Numbered from the stretch's first letter, positions 38,152 to 52,380 are shown. The stretch is 64,000 nucleotides of DNA from Octopus vulgaris (GCA_951406725.2 OX597814.1:99882001-99946000); one strand, 5' to 3'. Notes: generated by a model from the sequence alone, not told the origin. Numbers and translations are program-made.

Positions 38152-38274
38152 GGCGCAAGAGTGGCTATGTGGTAAGTAGCTTGCTTACAAATCACATGAT
38201 TCCGGGTTCAGTCGCACAACAAAACGTTGTGAGTGGATTTAGAAGATGAAAAGAGCCCGTCGTATATATGTATA

Positions 38275-38323
<49 letters not shown>

Positions 38324-38336
38324 TTTATGTGTTTAC

Positions 38337-38386
<50 letters not shown>

Positions 38387-38415
38387 ATATATATGTATAT
38401 ATATATGTATATATA

Positions 38416-38448
<33 letters not shown>

Positions 38449-38500
38449 CTGTGTTTGTCCCCCAACCATTGCTTGACAAGCGATGCTGGTGTGTTTATCA
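38152..38500 (+). mobile_element. SINE family A (internally deleted)
   Basis: Head, expanded internal microsatellite and part of the 3' region match 3938-4316. Confidence 0.8.
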
Positions 38501-38752
38501 CATAGACATGTGCTTAAAGCGAGGGAAGTGAGAAAAAAAAGATTTTTTTAAAAAGGTTTAGCCGTAGATCGATTTCTTGATTAGGGATGTAATACCCTTT
38601 ACAGTCTTCAGTATGACATAACTCAAAGTACATAATTAAAAACATTTATATATACCATACGAACAAATAAGGTAGTTTTAGAGCTATATGGCGTCTCCTT
38701 TTAGCATGTGACGCTACTCAGTAATTGCCCTTATTATAATTACATATATATA

Positions 38753-38903
38753 CGGCAGGCTCCTTTCAGTTTCCGTCTACCAAATCCACTCACAAGGCTT
38801 TGGTCGGCCCGAGGCAATAGTAGAAGACACTTGCCCAAGGTGCCATCTAGTGTGACTAAATTCCGGAAGCAAGCAAGCTTCTTACCATACAGCCACTCCT
38901 GCA
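38753..38903 (-). mobile_element. SINE family A 5' half
   Basis: TTTCAGTTTCCGTCTACCAAATCCACTCACAAGGCTTTGGTCGG...CAGCCACTCCTGC. Confidence 0.85.
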
Positions 38904-39071
38904 CCACCTGGAGACCATAGTTGAAGCCAATGGCGATTTTGTTGTATAAATTTATCTTTGGTATTTTAATATATTTTTATGTAATTTTGGTAAATATACC
39001 TGCTAAAATATGTCAGTATTGTTTTCATTTTTGCGTAATTTAGACGACAATATATTCACTGCACCTCACAT

Positions 39072-39112
<41 letters not shown>

Positions 39113-40609
39113 CATGCATCCATGCATGTATGTATGTATGTATGTATGCATGTATGTATGTATGCCTGTATGTATGTAAATGCGTATGTTGACGTCATAA
39201 GAATTTATAAACTTTCGAGGAATCCAGAGAAAATTCCTTTTTGGAATTGGTGTCATAAATAATGAGTTGAAAAATACAGTATGGCCGAATGGTTAGTGGT
39301 TATAAAGTTCGCTTTGCAGTCACTGGAAGGTCTTAATTTTGATTTCACTCTCAGACAGCTCTGTGGTATCTTTGGTAAATGTAAATTTTCTTTGGCCTTT
39401 GGTTGACTTATACAAGTGAATCTGGGTTGGCGGAAGCTGTATGGAATCCTCATTGGATGGATTGTACTTGTAATGCAAAGTTACAGCCTTGACACACGCT
39501 GCGACACGTTAATTCACCCTGTGGTTTACGTTATGGTTAAACGTGGTTGTGGAATCTTCATTCACTCACATACTAATTCAGTGAGCAGTTAATTCTTAAT
39601 ATGGGACCAGCAAAAATATTCCAAATCCATATCTATGTATGGATAGATGGGTAGTTGGATGGATTGAGTGTATGCGACTTCACTTGATAATCGAACTTTT
39701 CTTTTCCTTCAGATGCTTCTGTTATTGTTTACAATCCGACTTCCTTTTACTTCCTTCCTGTTTTATCTGTTAGGATGATGACCCATACAATTCTAATTAT
39801 TAATAAGCGATGTTATGGACCACTGACGTTTTACATCATAAATACATTGTAATAATTTGCAATATCTATCCTCAACATTTGTCAGAAGATGACTGATGCG
39901 TTACAGTGTTACAAAAATAATGTCCGTCAAAATTAATAATACTCAGCGTTCACAGTTCCTCAAAGAAATATTTTAGCAACAGAGGATGTTTACACCCATA
40001 TTCACTCTTACAACCCAAGCATACCGAGAAGATTTCCACCGTACTCACTTCAAACAGCGAATTACGTTGTATTACCTGAAAAGAGAAAAGTGAAAAATTT
40101 CCGTAACATACTACATTTTTTTGTTTTCAGTTCCCCAGCAAATTGCCAATGGCTGTAACACCCTTCCTGACAACTTCGCTTTGTAAATGTATACAGTTAA
40201 TTTACCTAATTATGTTGTTCTTTTCTTTACAGGCGATGATCGCTATTGTTTCTGTTTATTTTGTCTTTACAGTTGTTTGATGTATGGTATTACAACAGAG
40301 TGTTTATATAATATATTTGTTTTCTATTGAATATGTCATTGCTTTTGAGAACTTAATTAATTGTATGCGTTGAGGCAAATATATGCCGGATCAACATGAA
40401 TAATTCTATTCTATTATCTTTTGTTTATAGAATTCGTGCGCAATGTAACAGAGAGAAAAGCTGAAGATAAAGGGAGATTGTATTTTAACCGAAGAGCATT
40501 AGTTTAAAAAAAAATAACAGTAGTTTCATCCTTTATCTTTTCTTTATTTCAGTTGCTTGGGCAACGCCTTGAAGGGTTTAGTCCAATAAAACAATATATG
40601 TGTGCGTGT

Positions 40610-40652
<43 letters not shown>

Positions 40653-40944
40653 ATGTGCAAATGAATACGACGGATTTCCACAAAATTTCCATCGATTATA
40701 TTCACTTAAAAGGCATTTTGTAGTTTCGGGGCGGTAGCAGAAGATATATTCCAAAATGCACAATGCAATGCGACTGAAACAGAAAATGTAAGGGGGACAA
40801 AACAAACTCTTTTAACTATACAGCCACGCCTGTACTAGAGACTATAGTTTTGAAACTATAACCCTTTGAGAAAAATAATATTCATGCTGATATTCTAAGT
40901 TCAATAACTTTTTATGAGATTAAATATACACTATTTCCCTCAAC

Positions 40945-41042
<98 letters not shown>

Positions 41043-41044
41043 AA

Positions 41045-41242
41045 TGCGCCCTTTTCATGGGCCCGGTTTCCCGGTTTCTATGGCGTATGTTTTCCCCAGC
41101 TGGACGTGACGCCAGTCCACCGAAGCGTTACTCATTTTTGCCAGCTGAGTGGACTGGAGCAGCGTCGCTCGGTGCAGGAATCGAAACCACAATCTTACGA
41201 TCATGATGCTGACACCCTAACCACAAAGCCACGCGCCTCCAC
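41045..41242 (-). mobile_element. SINE family C, tail type b
   Basis: Head GGAGGCGCGTGGCTTTGTGGTTAGGG; 3' region matches 3221-3320. Confidence 0.78.
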
Positions 41243-41339
41243 TCTCTCTCTCTCTCTCTCCCTCCCCCTCTCCCGCCCCCTCTCTCTCCCTCTTGCCCGT
41301 CTCTCTCTCGTCCTCTGTCTGTCTGTCTGTCTGTCTGTC

Positions 41340-41378
<39 letters not shown>

Positions 41379-42378
41379 TGAGAGAGAGAGAGAGAGAGAT
41401 ACTTATATTGCTAAGACATACAGTAACTAATAACCTGTTGTTAGAGCTCAATATACATATGCTTCAGAATAAAGAGATAGTAGAGTACATAGAGTAATAT
41501 GAATTAATTGTATATGCGCATGCGTGCGCGTGTGTGCGTGTGTGTGTGTCTGCATGCTTGTGTATGTGTTGGGCGCGGGTTGACGAAGCCCTCTTTAATT
41601 ATTTATGAAACGTTAAAGCACCTATGGTCGAAATTAATGTAATATTTGCATATGCATAGTTTGAAGATATTCTATTTCTATGCATTTCAATACAACTGCA
41701 TTTCACTATAAATAAGTACAACACGCCGAATTATAATCAGGTTTAATTATTTGCTCATGTCTTTTGTATACCCACTCATTCACTCCACTCTCCGTCTCTC
41801 CGTCTCTCTCTCTCTCTCTCTCTCTCTCTTCTACATACACATATCTTCTCTCTCTCTTTTTCAGTCTCATTTCCCAGTCTCTTTACTTATATCGCACTCC
41901 TGTCTTTCTGCAGCCAGTTTGGAATACAAAAGATCTAATAGGTGTTAAATAAAACAATAGTGAAAAGTTGATGAAATTTTCTCAAACGGGAAATCGTTAA
42001 ACGACTGGGCTGAGTTACTTTCACTACCCGACTGGGAACTCTAGCTGCCAAAACATTTAAAATAAAGATAAGGAAACAGAACAATATTTATTTATTAATA
42101 TATTTATTGATGTAGCATTATTTTGGTGGGAATATTTTGATGTGAATATTAATTACGTACGGTTAGTCCACGTGCTGGATGTCAATATTAGATGACAATA
42201 TTACCGAAATCTCGACTAAATGACTCAGCATTGCATTATTGTATCGCGATTCGTACTCATGCAAACACTGACATACGACATACAAATATCAAAACAAACG
42301 AATATTGTAAAAGCGTGAGTACACGCCCCACACATACATACATACGCACACACGCACAGATACACTCACACTCACACA

Positions 42379-42427
<49 letters not shown>

Positions 42428-42508
42428 ACGCACGTGCGTGTTTGCGTTTATATGTTGGTGTGTGCATTGAGCTATCTCACATCTGTGGTAACGCAAAGAA
42501 AATAGTAC

Positions 42509-42554
<46 letters not shown>

Positions 42555-42727
42555 TCAGGCCTTTCCACTTATAATATATTTTGTTGTTGTTTTTGTTGTT
42601 GTTCTCTGGTTCGTGGTTGATGTCGATGCGCATGTCAGCATTAAACAAGTAGCCTTTGATTAAAGCACTCCATCTGTGTATATATTTATATATATATATT
42701 TATGTATGTATGTATATATGTATATAT

Positions 42728-42756
<29 letters not shown>

Positions 42757-42758
<2 letters not shown>

Positions 42759-42976
42759 CATACATACATACATACATACATACATACATACATACATACA
42801 TACATACATACATACATACATACATACATACATACATACATACATACATACATACATACATACATACATACATACATACATACATACATACATACATACA
42901 TACATACATACATACATACATACATACATACATACATACATACATACATACATACATACATACATACATACATACA

Positions 42977-43006
<30 letters not shown>
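42757..43006. repeat. Long perfect (TACA)n microsatellite
   Basis: About 250 bp of uninterrupted TACA repeats, adjoining a SINE tail. Confidence 0.95.
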
Positions 43007-43007
<1 letters not shown>

Positions 43008-43302
43008 GATGGACCCTCCCGTCGACAGACAACGTATGACGGCTCGGCCATTTCTTGCCGAACAACCACACAGATGATTTGTTTATAGTGACCAAATATT
43101 TGTGTACACATAAGCTCACTCTCTCCATCAAATCGACATTGCCTGTACAGGTGCACCGTGTACCACATATGTGACAATCGCAGTGGAATGTGATATGAAG
43201 TGCTTTGCTCAAGAACACAACACAACGCCTTGTCTGGAAATCGAACCCATGATCTCGCGATCGTGTGTGCAACAGCCTAAGCACTAAGCCATGTGCTTTC
43301 AC
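43007..43302 (-). mobile_element. SINE family C, tail type c
   Basis: Head GAAAGCACATGGCTTAGTGCTTAGG..GGTTCGATTTCC; a distinct tail runs into (TGTA)n. Confidence 0.75.
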
Positions 43303-43479
43303 TTATATACATATATATATATATATACATATATGTCTATTTTTAAAATTTGTTTCAGTTATTTGACTTCAGCCATGCTGGAACACAGACTTTAGTCGAA
43401 GGAATCGACTCCCAGGACTTATTCTTTGTAAGCCTGGTACTTATTCTATTGGGCCAACAACTATATATATATATAGATC

Positions 43480-44358
43480 TTTATGTTACATGCCACATTT
43501 CTCTGTTTTTTTTTTTGTTTTCGTTGTTCGAAAAAAAGTTCCTTTTCTATGTTTTTGTTTTTATGTTCTCGTTTCCCATTCTGTCCACATTTTTTTGCTG
43601 TCCTGTACCCATATATGCATGTATATATACATATATATTTAGGTAGGTACATATATGTATGTATATATGTATATATTTATATATTATCTATATTATTATA
43701 TGATCGAACGCCACGCATCCTTTTCCAAATAAGTTTTATCTTAATAATTACGATACACGCTCTTATTCTATCTCGTTTCTGTCTATCTATCGCCCTCTCT
43801 TGTTCTTCTTCTTCTCTGTTTTTCTCTCCCACCCTTTCCCTATTCTTCTCTCCCCTTCACCGTTCCCTCTCTTTCTCTCTCTCACCCTTCCTCCTTGACT
43901 CTCTCGTTGATCACACGTGACTAACGGCTATCCTCTTTCTTCTACTTTCTCCCTAAAGACAACACGTGCTTTTATCTGTCTCTTCTCAAAGCTCGTTTTG
44001 CCATCGTTCAAAACTTCACATCATCTTGGCTTAACAGCCTCCACCGTTTGTTTATACTGTTTTGTTTTCACTGTCCTGTTTTTTTTACAACTTTCACCCT
44101 CCGCAAAAAATCCCAAATTTTATCAAATTTGATTTGTGGGAAGGATTGCTTTAACAAAGTCGCGTCTTGCCCTTACCTTCGAACATGGAGTAGATAAAAC
44201 ACGGGACAACTGATGAAGGAAATGTTCTTTATGCTGCATGTCTCGTTTCTCTGTTTTTTTCATTGTTCGAAAAAAAGTTTATTTTTTATGTTCTCGTTTC
44301 TTATTCTGTCCACGTTCTTTTTTATGTCCTGTACCCATATATGCATGTATATATATAC
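43480..44358 (+). repeat. Diverged direct repeats (~43480-43630 and ~44228-44358) flanking ~600 bp; probable PLE partial tandem
   Basis: Shared TTGTTCGAAAAAAAGTT..TTATGTTCTCGTTTC..ATTCTGTCCAC..TGTCCTGTACCCATATATGCATG. CTGATGAAGG lies just before the second copy, and both copies end in TA-rich repeats. Confidence 0.6.
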
Positions 44359-45095
44359 AAATGTATGTATGTATGTACATATATGTATGTATATATGCAT
44401 ATATTTATTTATTATTTATATTATATTATATTATATTATATTACATTATATTATATTATATATTATATATATATATATATATTAAATAATAAGCTTAAAG
44501 CTTATCAGCAATCAACCGTGCATTGGCTAAAGAAAATACTCTAATATTGGAACATATAAGCCCGCGACGTAGCAAAGTGGCTGTTAATACACATAGGAAC
44601 CGAAACCACACCTCTTATATTCGTGATAAGTGTGCTTATACATATATGCATACAGACACATAGAGAGACAGAAATATATACCTACACATTATGCATAGAT
44701 ACATACGTAACCATGTTTTACATATGCTGAAAATTGACGAGGAAATTAACAACGCTAAACATAACGTAAAAATTTATGTGAAATTATTACTTTAACTCCA
44801 GGGGAAGGATTAAAAGAAAGTAGGGATTTCTGACGTTTCGGGACGTTAAGCTCTTCCGAAGAATGCTAGATTGTTAGAAGTGAAAGTACATGTATAAAGT
44901 AAGTTAGAAATCATGAAAAACAAAGAAATAAATACTCGTCTATGTTATGTCAGCCATTTGCGTATGAATATATGTAGCTATATGTGTATCTGCTTATCTA
45001 TCTGTCTGTCTGTCTGAATGTATGTATGTATGTAAGTGTATATATATATAGATTGATAAATATATGTGCATATATACATAAACACACAGATGTGA

Positions 45096-45127
<32 letters not shown>

Positions 45128-45837
45128 CGTGTAGATGCACATACGTGTTTCTGGGGTCTGTGTGTATTTTTGGTTTACATATATATGAATGATCCTGGCG
45201 TGTGTATTTGTATCTATTGTTCATGTAACCTCAGTTGGTCTAACTATACATCATTCTTTAACACGACATATCGAATGTCCAGTGAAATGAAAAACGTTGA
45301 CGTGCGAAACTGTAAATCACTCACTACTTTTATACAACAACTAATTAGATTAAGATTCGTGCCTAACATAAGAGTTTCATTTCGTTTCAGAATCAGTCAC
45401 ATTCCGTGGCTTCCAATAGATGAAGACGTGAAAACAGATATATTATCACGTAATCTAACTTTACTTCTATTAATCTTCAAATACATTCCAACCCGCTTTC
45501 CTGTCAAATTTTAAATATACAGACTCGAATGTCTACCAACTTATTATTTTTGTATCTGTTTCGTTCTCATATCTTACTTTAATTCATTTGCAAATACACA
45601 GGAAGAGGGTGGTAAATGTCTTACTCGTAAAAAGAGCATAAGTCTGTTGATATTTACTTTAAAACTCATTAACATTTGTGTTCAAGACCGCCCCCCACTT
45701 TGGTCAATCCTCCTGCTGATGTTCTACAATCGATTACTTTATAAAGCAGAGCACAGCTTGTTGTGTGATAGGGAAATAAGGCAGAACACAGAATTAAACG
45801 GCATGTAGAAATTAGTATCAATATTTTCATTCTGTAA

Positions 45838-46260
45838 GGCGGCGACCTGGCAAGAATCGTTAACACGCCGGGCAAAATATTCAGCGGCATTTCATCCAAC
45901 TTTACGTTCTGAGTTCAAATTCTGCCGAAGACGACTTCACCTTTCATAATTTCGGTGTCCCTAAAATAAGTTCCAGTTAAACACTGGGGTTGATGTAATC
46001 AATTTAGCGTCTCCCTCAAACCTGCGGGCCTTGTGCAAAAAGTTGAAACCTCTATTTCCATTCTGTAAGCTGTGAGCTAGCAGAATCGTTACCATGCCGG
46101 GCAAAATACTTAGCGGCATTTCGTCTGTCTTTAAGTTCTGAGTTCAAATTCCGCCGATGTTGACTTTACCTTTCATCCTTTCGGAGCGGATAAAATAAGT
46201 ACCAGTTGACAAGTAGCTCCCCCTGCCTCGAAATTGCTGGCCTTATGCCAAATTTTGAAA
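45838..46260 (+). mobile_element. Two tandem SINE family B copies (older subfamily, different tail)
   Basis: Copies at ~45838-46050 and ~46068-46260, separated and flanked by the motif TATTTYCATTCT. Confidence 0.82.
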
Positions 46261-47445
46261 TCAATATTTCCATTCTAAATTTTAAAAAGAAGCACACTAA
46301 AATAGTTTAATTATTTGCTCTCCGCCTTTAATAAATGGGTCGAATGAAATGAGTACCATTAAAATACAGACAGGAATGGAACTGACTTTACTTTCCCTCC
46401 ATTTGCTGTGTAGCCTTATGTTAGATTAAGACAGAACGATTGAGGAAATACGAATACAGCGGAGTACCGACCGAAACCTATATTTTGTTTTTAACTGGTT
46501 ATGAGACCATAGGCGACTAAGGTCAGTGCATGCCATACATGTGTTTATTACCAATCCTCTTAGGGAGAAATGGTTATTTATGCAATTAATGACCCATGAA
46601 CGACTTAAAGAATAACCAAAGTTTGTGCATCAGAAAATATACTGCACAGCGAAAAATGCCTATTATAATCTTTTATTATCTATCATAATCTATTCATATA
46701 CTTTTACATATGCGTCTTTATATATATATACATAAATATATGCATACATGCATGCATGCATACATACATACATACATACATACATACATACATACATACA
46801 TACATACAAATAAAAATGCCCTGTTGTTGATGTGAAATTCCAGTGTTGGTGCCTTGGATCTAGGTTAGAAACTGGCAGTTCCAATGTAAGTGCCTTGGAT
46901 GTAGGTTAGAAATTGGTTAGAAATCTTGAATTAAAACTGAACAATGACATACATACATTTTGGTTAGAAAAACACACGAGAAAGAGATGCATGGAGCATT
47001 GATAAGGAGTTTCCAAACACAGTACCCAAGATACACGTTCATCTTCATATCTATTATTATTGGAGCAACATGATGCATACCAAACCGTCTGCAACAAAGT
47101 TTGGCTGAACTTGGAAGCTTGAGGAGTGTATGCAAATTCATATGCTACAGATTTTCACAGTATCAGCGACTATAAAAATCTGCAACAACTTAAGGTTCAA
47201 AGGATGACGGTAAAGTCAAGTTATTCAATACTTTACTTCACAGCCTAACCACCTTACTATCATGTCGGTAGCCGGTCAAAATTAAAAAGAGAAAGAGAAG
47301 ACATACTTACATAACGCGTGCGCACACAGACTCATATATACATGTATTATGTAGGTGTGTATGTGTATGAATGTATGTAAATTTCTTTGTAGGTGACGAA
47401 CGCGTGCAAGTCAGTTTTGATTAATACTATTTTACTTCTTTTGAA

Positions 47446-47935
47446 GGCGGCGAGCTAGCAGAAACGTTAGCACGCCGGGCGATATGCGTAGCCGTATTTC
47501 GTCAGCCGTTACGTTCTGAGTTCAAATTCTGCCGAGGTCGACTTTGCCTTTCATCCTTTCAGGGTCGATTAAATAAGTACCAGTTACGCAATGGGGACGA
47601 TGTAATCGACTTAATCCGTTTGTCTGTCCTTGTTTGTCCCTTCTGTGTTTAGCCCCTTGTGGGTAGTAAAGAAATAGGTATTTGTTCTGTCTTTACGTTA
47701 AGGGCGGCAAGCCAGCAGAAACGTTAGCACGCGCCGGGCGAAATACTTAGCGGTATTTCGTTTGCCGTTACGTTCTGAGTTCAAATTCCGCCGAGGTCGA
47801 CTTTGTCTTTCATCCTTTCGGGGTCGATAAATTAAGTACCAGTTACGCACTGATATCGATGTAATCGACTTAATCCTTTTGTCTGTCCTTGTTTGTCCAC
47901 TCTATGTTTGGCCGCTTGTGGGTTGTAAAGAAATA
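47446..47935 (+). mobile_element. Tandem dimer of SINE family B
   Basis: Copies at 47446-47676 and 47703-47935, flanked by an imperfect 18-bp direct repeat (47426-47443 / 47936-47953). Confidence 0.88.
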
Positions 47936-48589
47936 ACTATTTCACTTCCCTTGTGTTGTTAATGTATGTATCGACATTCAGCTTTTATATACAGATAACT
48001 AACAAAAATATTATGGTGCGTTGTTTAGTCCTAACAGAAATAGCAGCCAAATCTGCAAAGTTTGTATTGATTAATGTGAGTTTGAAAATTCTATGCCTTA
48101 AAAAAGACGGGACGAAAAGGGGCAAAACAATGACTTTGAGTAAAACAACAACATCGTACTCCTCTAAAATTCTACCAATGGTTTAATTATGAACTGTAAT
48201 ATTCAATTGCGTGAAAGACATATTAAGAACTTTACTAATTCGAAATCAGAGTTAGATGTCAAAAACAGAGGGGATGTTAGACTGGAGAAAACGATCGTAC
48301 AAAATTATTTCTTGAGAAGAAAGTAGTGCTGCAATGCCAAACAGCAAACTCCTATAAAATCTTGACAGGCAACTGGTTGTAACTCCTGGTTGAAATCATT
48401 TCACTTCATGCTATTGATGGAGTAAAGTATGATATTTATAGATTTCCAGATCCCTATCACCACTGAATGTGAAGTATTACGTATACGAACGAAATCAGCC
48501 GATGTTTTAATCCATTATGTTGATAAAAAAGAAAAGAAAAAAAAAAAGAAAGTGCCTCAAAAAACATAACTGCCACCCAAAGATCCCTG

Positions 48590-48800
48590 GGTAAGCTGGC
48601 AGAAACGTTTGCACGCCGGGCGATATTCTTAGCGGTATTTCGTCTGCCGCTACGTTCTGAGTTCAAATTCCGCCGAGGTCGACTTTGCCTTTCATCCTTT
48701 CGGGGTCCATTAAATAAGTACCAGTTACGCACTGGGGTCGATCTAACCGACTTAATCTGTTTGTCTGTCCTTGTTTGTCCTCTCTGTGTTTAGCCCCTTG
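48590..48800 (+). mobile_element. SINE family B
   Basis: Homolog of 47446-47676. Confidence 0.88.
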
Positions 48801-49206
48801 TAAACAAATAGGATTTGACTTTCATTCTTACAAATATTCAATAAAACATTTCCTTTAAAATCTGTGACCTTAAGACAATATCATTAATCACGGTAACATC
48901 GATTTCGAACCGATAAAATGCAAATTTTTCTGCAAGGAAATTCAAATGAGAGGCAATAAAGTTAAAATTAAACACTATAACATCTTTAGACTGGTGTTAT
49001 TTTCCCTCACAAATCTAGTGCGACTCCTTACAACCGGAAATGTGTGTGTTCAGGAATATTCAAAAGTCACCAGCATGGCTGTCAGGTAAGAAGCTTGCTT
49101 CCTAACAACATGATTTCGGCTTTAGTCTCACTGTGTGGGACGTTCGAGATACTTGATAGACGGAAAGTGAAAGAAACATGTCATACATGATAGTATGTAT
49201 GTATGA

Positions 49207-49304
<98 letters not shown>

Positions 49305-49395
49305 GTATGTATATATATATATATATATATATGTATATCTATATATATATGTATATCTGTAAATATAATATGTGACAATTATTCGGTAGCCATGA

Positions 49396-49454
49396 GAAAA
49401 CACCGAGTTTCGGATGCCGAGGTGAAAATCCATGCCACCATCTCTTCAGTTATC
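49396..49454 (-). ncRNA. Degenerate hammerhead motif in probable PLE 3' fragment
   Basis: GAUAA-CUGAAGA-GAUG...CAUC-C-GAAAC-UCG-GUG-UUUUC, lying next to a (TA)n tract. Confidence 0.5.
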
Positions 49455-50491
49455 CGGCCTTTACAGATAAATTCCTCTGTTTACATAATATCGAGGTCTC
49501 TTTCATTCTTTTGTTATCTTACCAATTTTATCAATATATATATATAAATATATATATTTATATACACATATATATGAATGTGTGTCAGTATCTTTGTCTC
49601 CTATTAACGTTTGACCACAACATTGGTTTCTTTACATCCCCTTTTGATCTAGCGGTTCGGCTCAAGACATCAATACTATAAGTACTAGACTTTAAAATAT
49701 GTACTAGGGTTGATTTGTTCGACTCATCTATTTGAGGGGTTGCACTAACAAGACGGCAGTTAAAACAATCCTCCTAAGGGCGATTTCGGACTAAAAAAAA
49801 ATACCTTACATATTATAAACCTGGTGTAGCAACACGATGTAGAAAGAGTTCAACTGGGATATTTGAAATAATATTGCAGTGGGTTGAATATAAAACACTA
49901 CAAAGCATTTACTCGGTACATCTATTGTTTCAGCTGACTCCACCGCCCTCGGTACGAGAGAAATATTAGTAGTCTACAATATTTAATTGAGATGTTTAAC
50001 AGGAATAATATGTTGAATCATGCTTTGCTATTTTCATCACAAAAGAATTATCGGGATTTATGTGAAATCCAAGTGTGATGTTCCCAGCCAGAGAGAGAAA
50101 TAAACTTTGTATTCTGAAATAAAGTTTCTATTGATTGCTACACGAGAAATAATTCTAAAAGAAATTAATTTTTGTTCTTAATTCTTATTCATGTGAAATT
50201 ATATATTAACAATATAAATTTGTACTCAGCTTTCGTAAAGCACCGAGTTTTTCTCATAACATTAAAGAAAAAAATAAACGAGACATCTATTGTGAATGTT
50301 ATGTATAAATACATGCATATATTTAATTATGTGTGATTCATGTGTACTGTATAAAATTGATTGTATGAGTATATATGATTATGTGTTTAGATATGGACTA
50401 CACTATAGGTGTGAGTATATTTATTTGAGTGTACGCTCAAACACAATTACAAATATGTAAAGCTTCGTGTAACACATCTGTCTGACGTCTT

Positions 50492-50556
<65 letters not shown>

Positions 50557-50557
50557 A

Positions 50558-50597
<40 letters not shown>

Positions 50598-50868
50598 AAT
50601 AATTCTAGCTATCTATTTATCTATCTATGGTAACAAGTTTGCTTCCCTACCATATGTCCCAGATTCAGTGTTCAGGTTCATTGCGTGGTACTTTGGGCAA
50701 GTGTCCTCAGCTATAATCCTGGACAGATCAAACATTATCGATGGGACTTGGTAGGCGGTAACTGAAAGAAGATCGTCCTTTATATATGTGAATGTGTGTG
50801 GGTGTGTCTCTGTATATGAGTATCTGTATTTGTGTTAGTCCACCAGCACCACCAGCACCACAACCACC

Positions 50869-50943
<75 letters not shown>

Positions 50944-50990
50944 CTAGCAAGGGAGTGACCCCCACACTCCCCCAGCAGAAGAGTTGATCA

Positions 50991-51031
50991 CGAGATTCCG
51001 TTTCGAGCTAGTTTGCTTATCCTCAGTCCCG
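50991..51031 (-). ncRNA. Degenerate hammerhead within a structured repeat (50936-51083)
   Basis: CGGGA-CUGAGGA-U-AAGC-AAACUA-GCUC-GAAAC-GGAA-UCUCG; homologous to 17113-17159. Confidence 0.55.
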
Positions 51032-51322
51032 AACACCAGGCCGCACGAGAGATGGCCAGAGTTCGCTCCAGCTAGCAATATATTATAAACAAAGCGACCA
51101 CTGGTCACTGAATTGCAACAAGCAAAGTAGCTAGTTGTAAACGCTTCATAAGAGATGAGATTAGTAACTATACTAACAAGGAAAGTTAATCATAAAAGAT
51201 ATCATAGCTCTTCAGTGAGAGTATATGAGACAAATTAGGAAAAGGAAACCGATAGGAATGTTAAGAAGCGCTTCTGAGGGCAATTAATCCTTTCAGAGAA
51301 TTTATGTTCTCTCTCTCTCTCC

Positions 51323-51733
51323 CTCTTTTACTCTTTACTCTTTTACTTGTTTCAGTCATTTGACTGTGGCCATGCTGGAGTATCTCCCTTAGTCGAGCAG
51401 GACTTATTCTTTGTAAGCATAGTACTTATTCTATCGGTCTCTTATGCCGAACCGCTAATGTTACGGGGACGTAAACACACCAGCATCGGTTGTCAAGCAA
51501 TGTTAGGGAGACAAACACAGACACACAAACATATACACATATACATACATACATATATATATATATACATATATACGACAGGCTTCTTTCAGTTTCCGCC
51601 AACGAAATCCACTCACAAGGCTTTAATCAGTCCGAGGCTATAGTAGAAGACACTTGCCCAAGGTGCCAGGCAGTGGGACTGAACCCTGAACCATGTAGTT
51701 GGTAAGCAACTTACCACACAGCCGCTCCTGTCT
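51323..51733 (-). mobile_element. SINE family A full length
   Basis: Full reverse-complement homolog including the (GTAAAAGA)n tail. Confidence 0.9.
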
Positions 51734-52328
51734 TTTTAAATTATTAATATTGTAAAAGTTGAGATGTTCATAAGCCAAAACTAGGTGTTTTCATATAAAA
51801 GAATTGTGTCTACTTGGTGTAGTTTAATAGGAGAAAGGCTAAACAGCATTGAGTAGTCTTCCTGTCCGATAACAGAAACTTGCCAGGGTGCCTACATTTT
51901 TAGAAGATCGTTGCGTCCTTACATCTAATAAGGATTTATGTCCTTTTAACTTAACAGATCCTTATTAAATGTGTATAATAAGATCTAAAAAAATCCCAGT
52001 AGACAGTTCTAACTTTCTCGTATATTTCTCGCATATTTCTCGTATATATTTTCTCGTATTTCATTTCAAAATAGGCATATTTTTAAATGCATGCACGATA
52101 GCCGGTGCTGAACCATATACTATACAAGCCTGTTCGATTAAAGCATGAAACATAAAGTAGCTCGCGTATAACTCCTGTAATCATTTTACAAAATATATGT
52201 ATATGTGTGAGTGTGTGTAAATGTATGTCGGTCTGTCTCGCTCTCTCTTTGTATATATATAAGAATTTTTTGCGTAATGAGATAAAAAAAAACCAAGGCT
52301 GTGTAGATATTAGAACATTTATAGGTAG

Positions 52329-52380
52329 GTCTTACAACTGTTTCCAGGATATTTATTAATTATATCCCCTCATCGGAGTC
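52329..52380 (-). ncRNA. Degenerate hammerhead motif in probable PLE 3' fragment
   Basis: GACU-CCGAUGA-GGGGAUAUA..UAUCCUG-GAAAC-AGUU-GUA-AGAC. Confidence 0.55.

Noticed and set aside
39690-40560. Several polypyrimidine-CAG acceptor-like sites suggesting host exons
   Set aside because: No convincing matching donors or coherent reading frame; needs RNA-seq.
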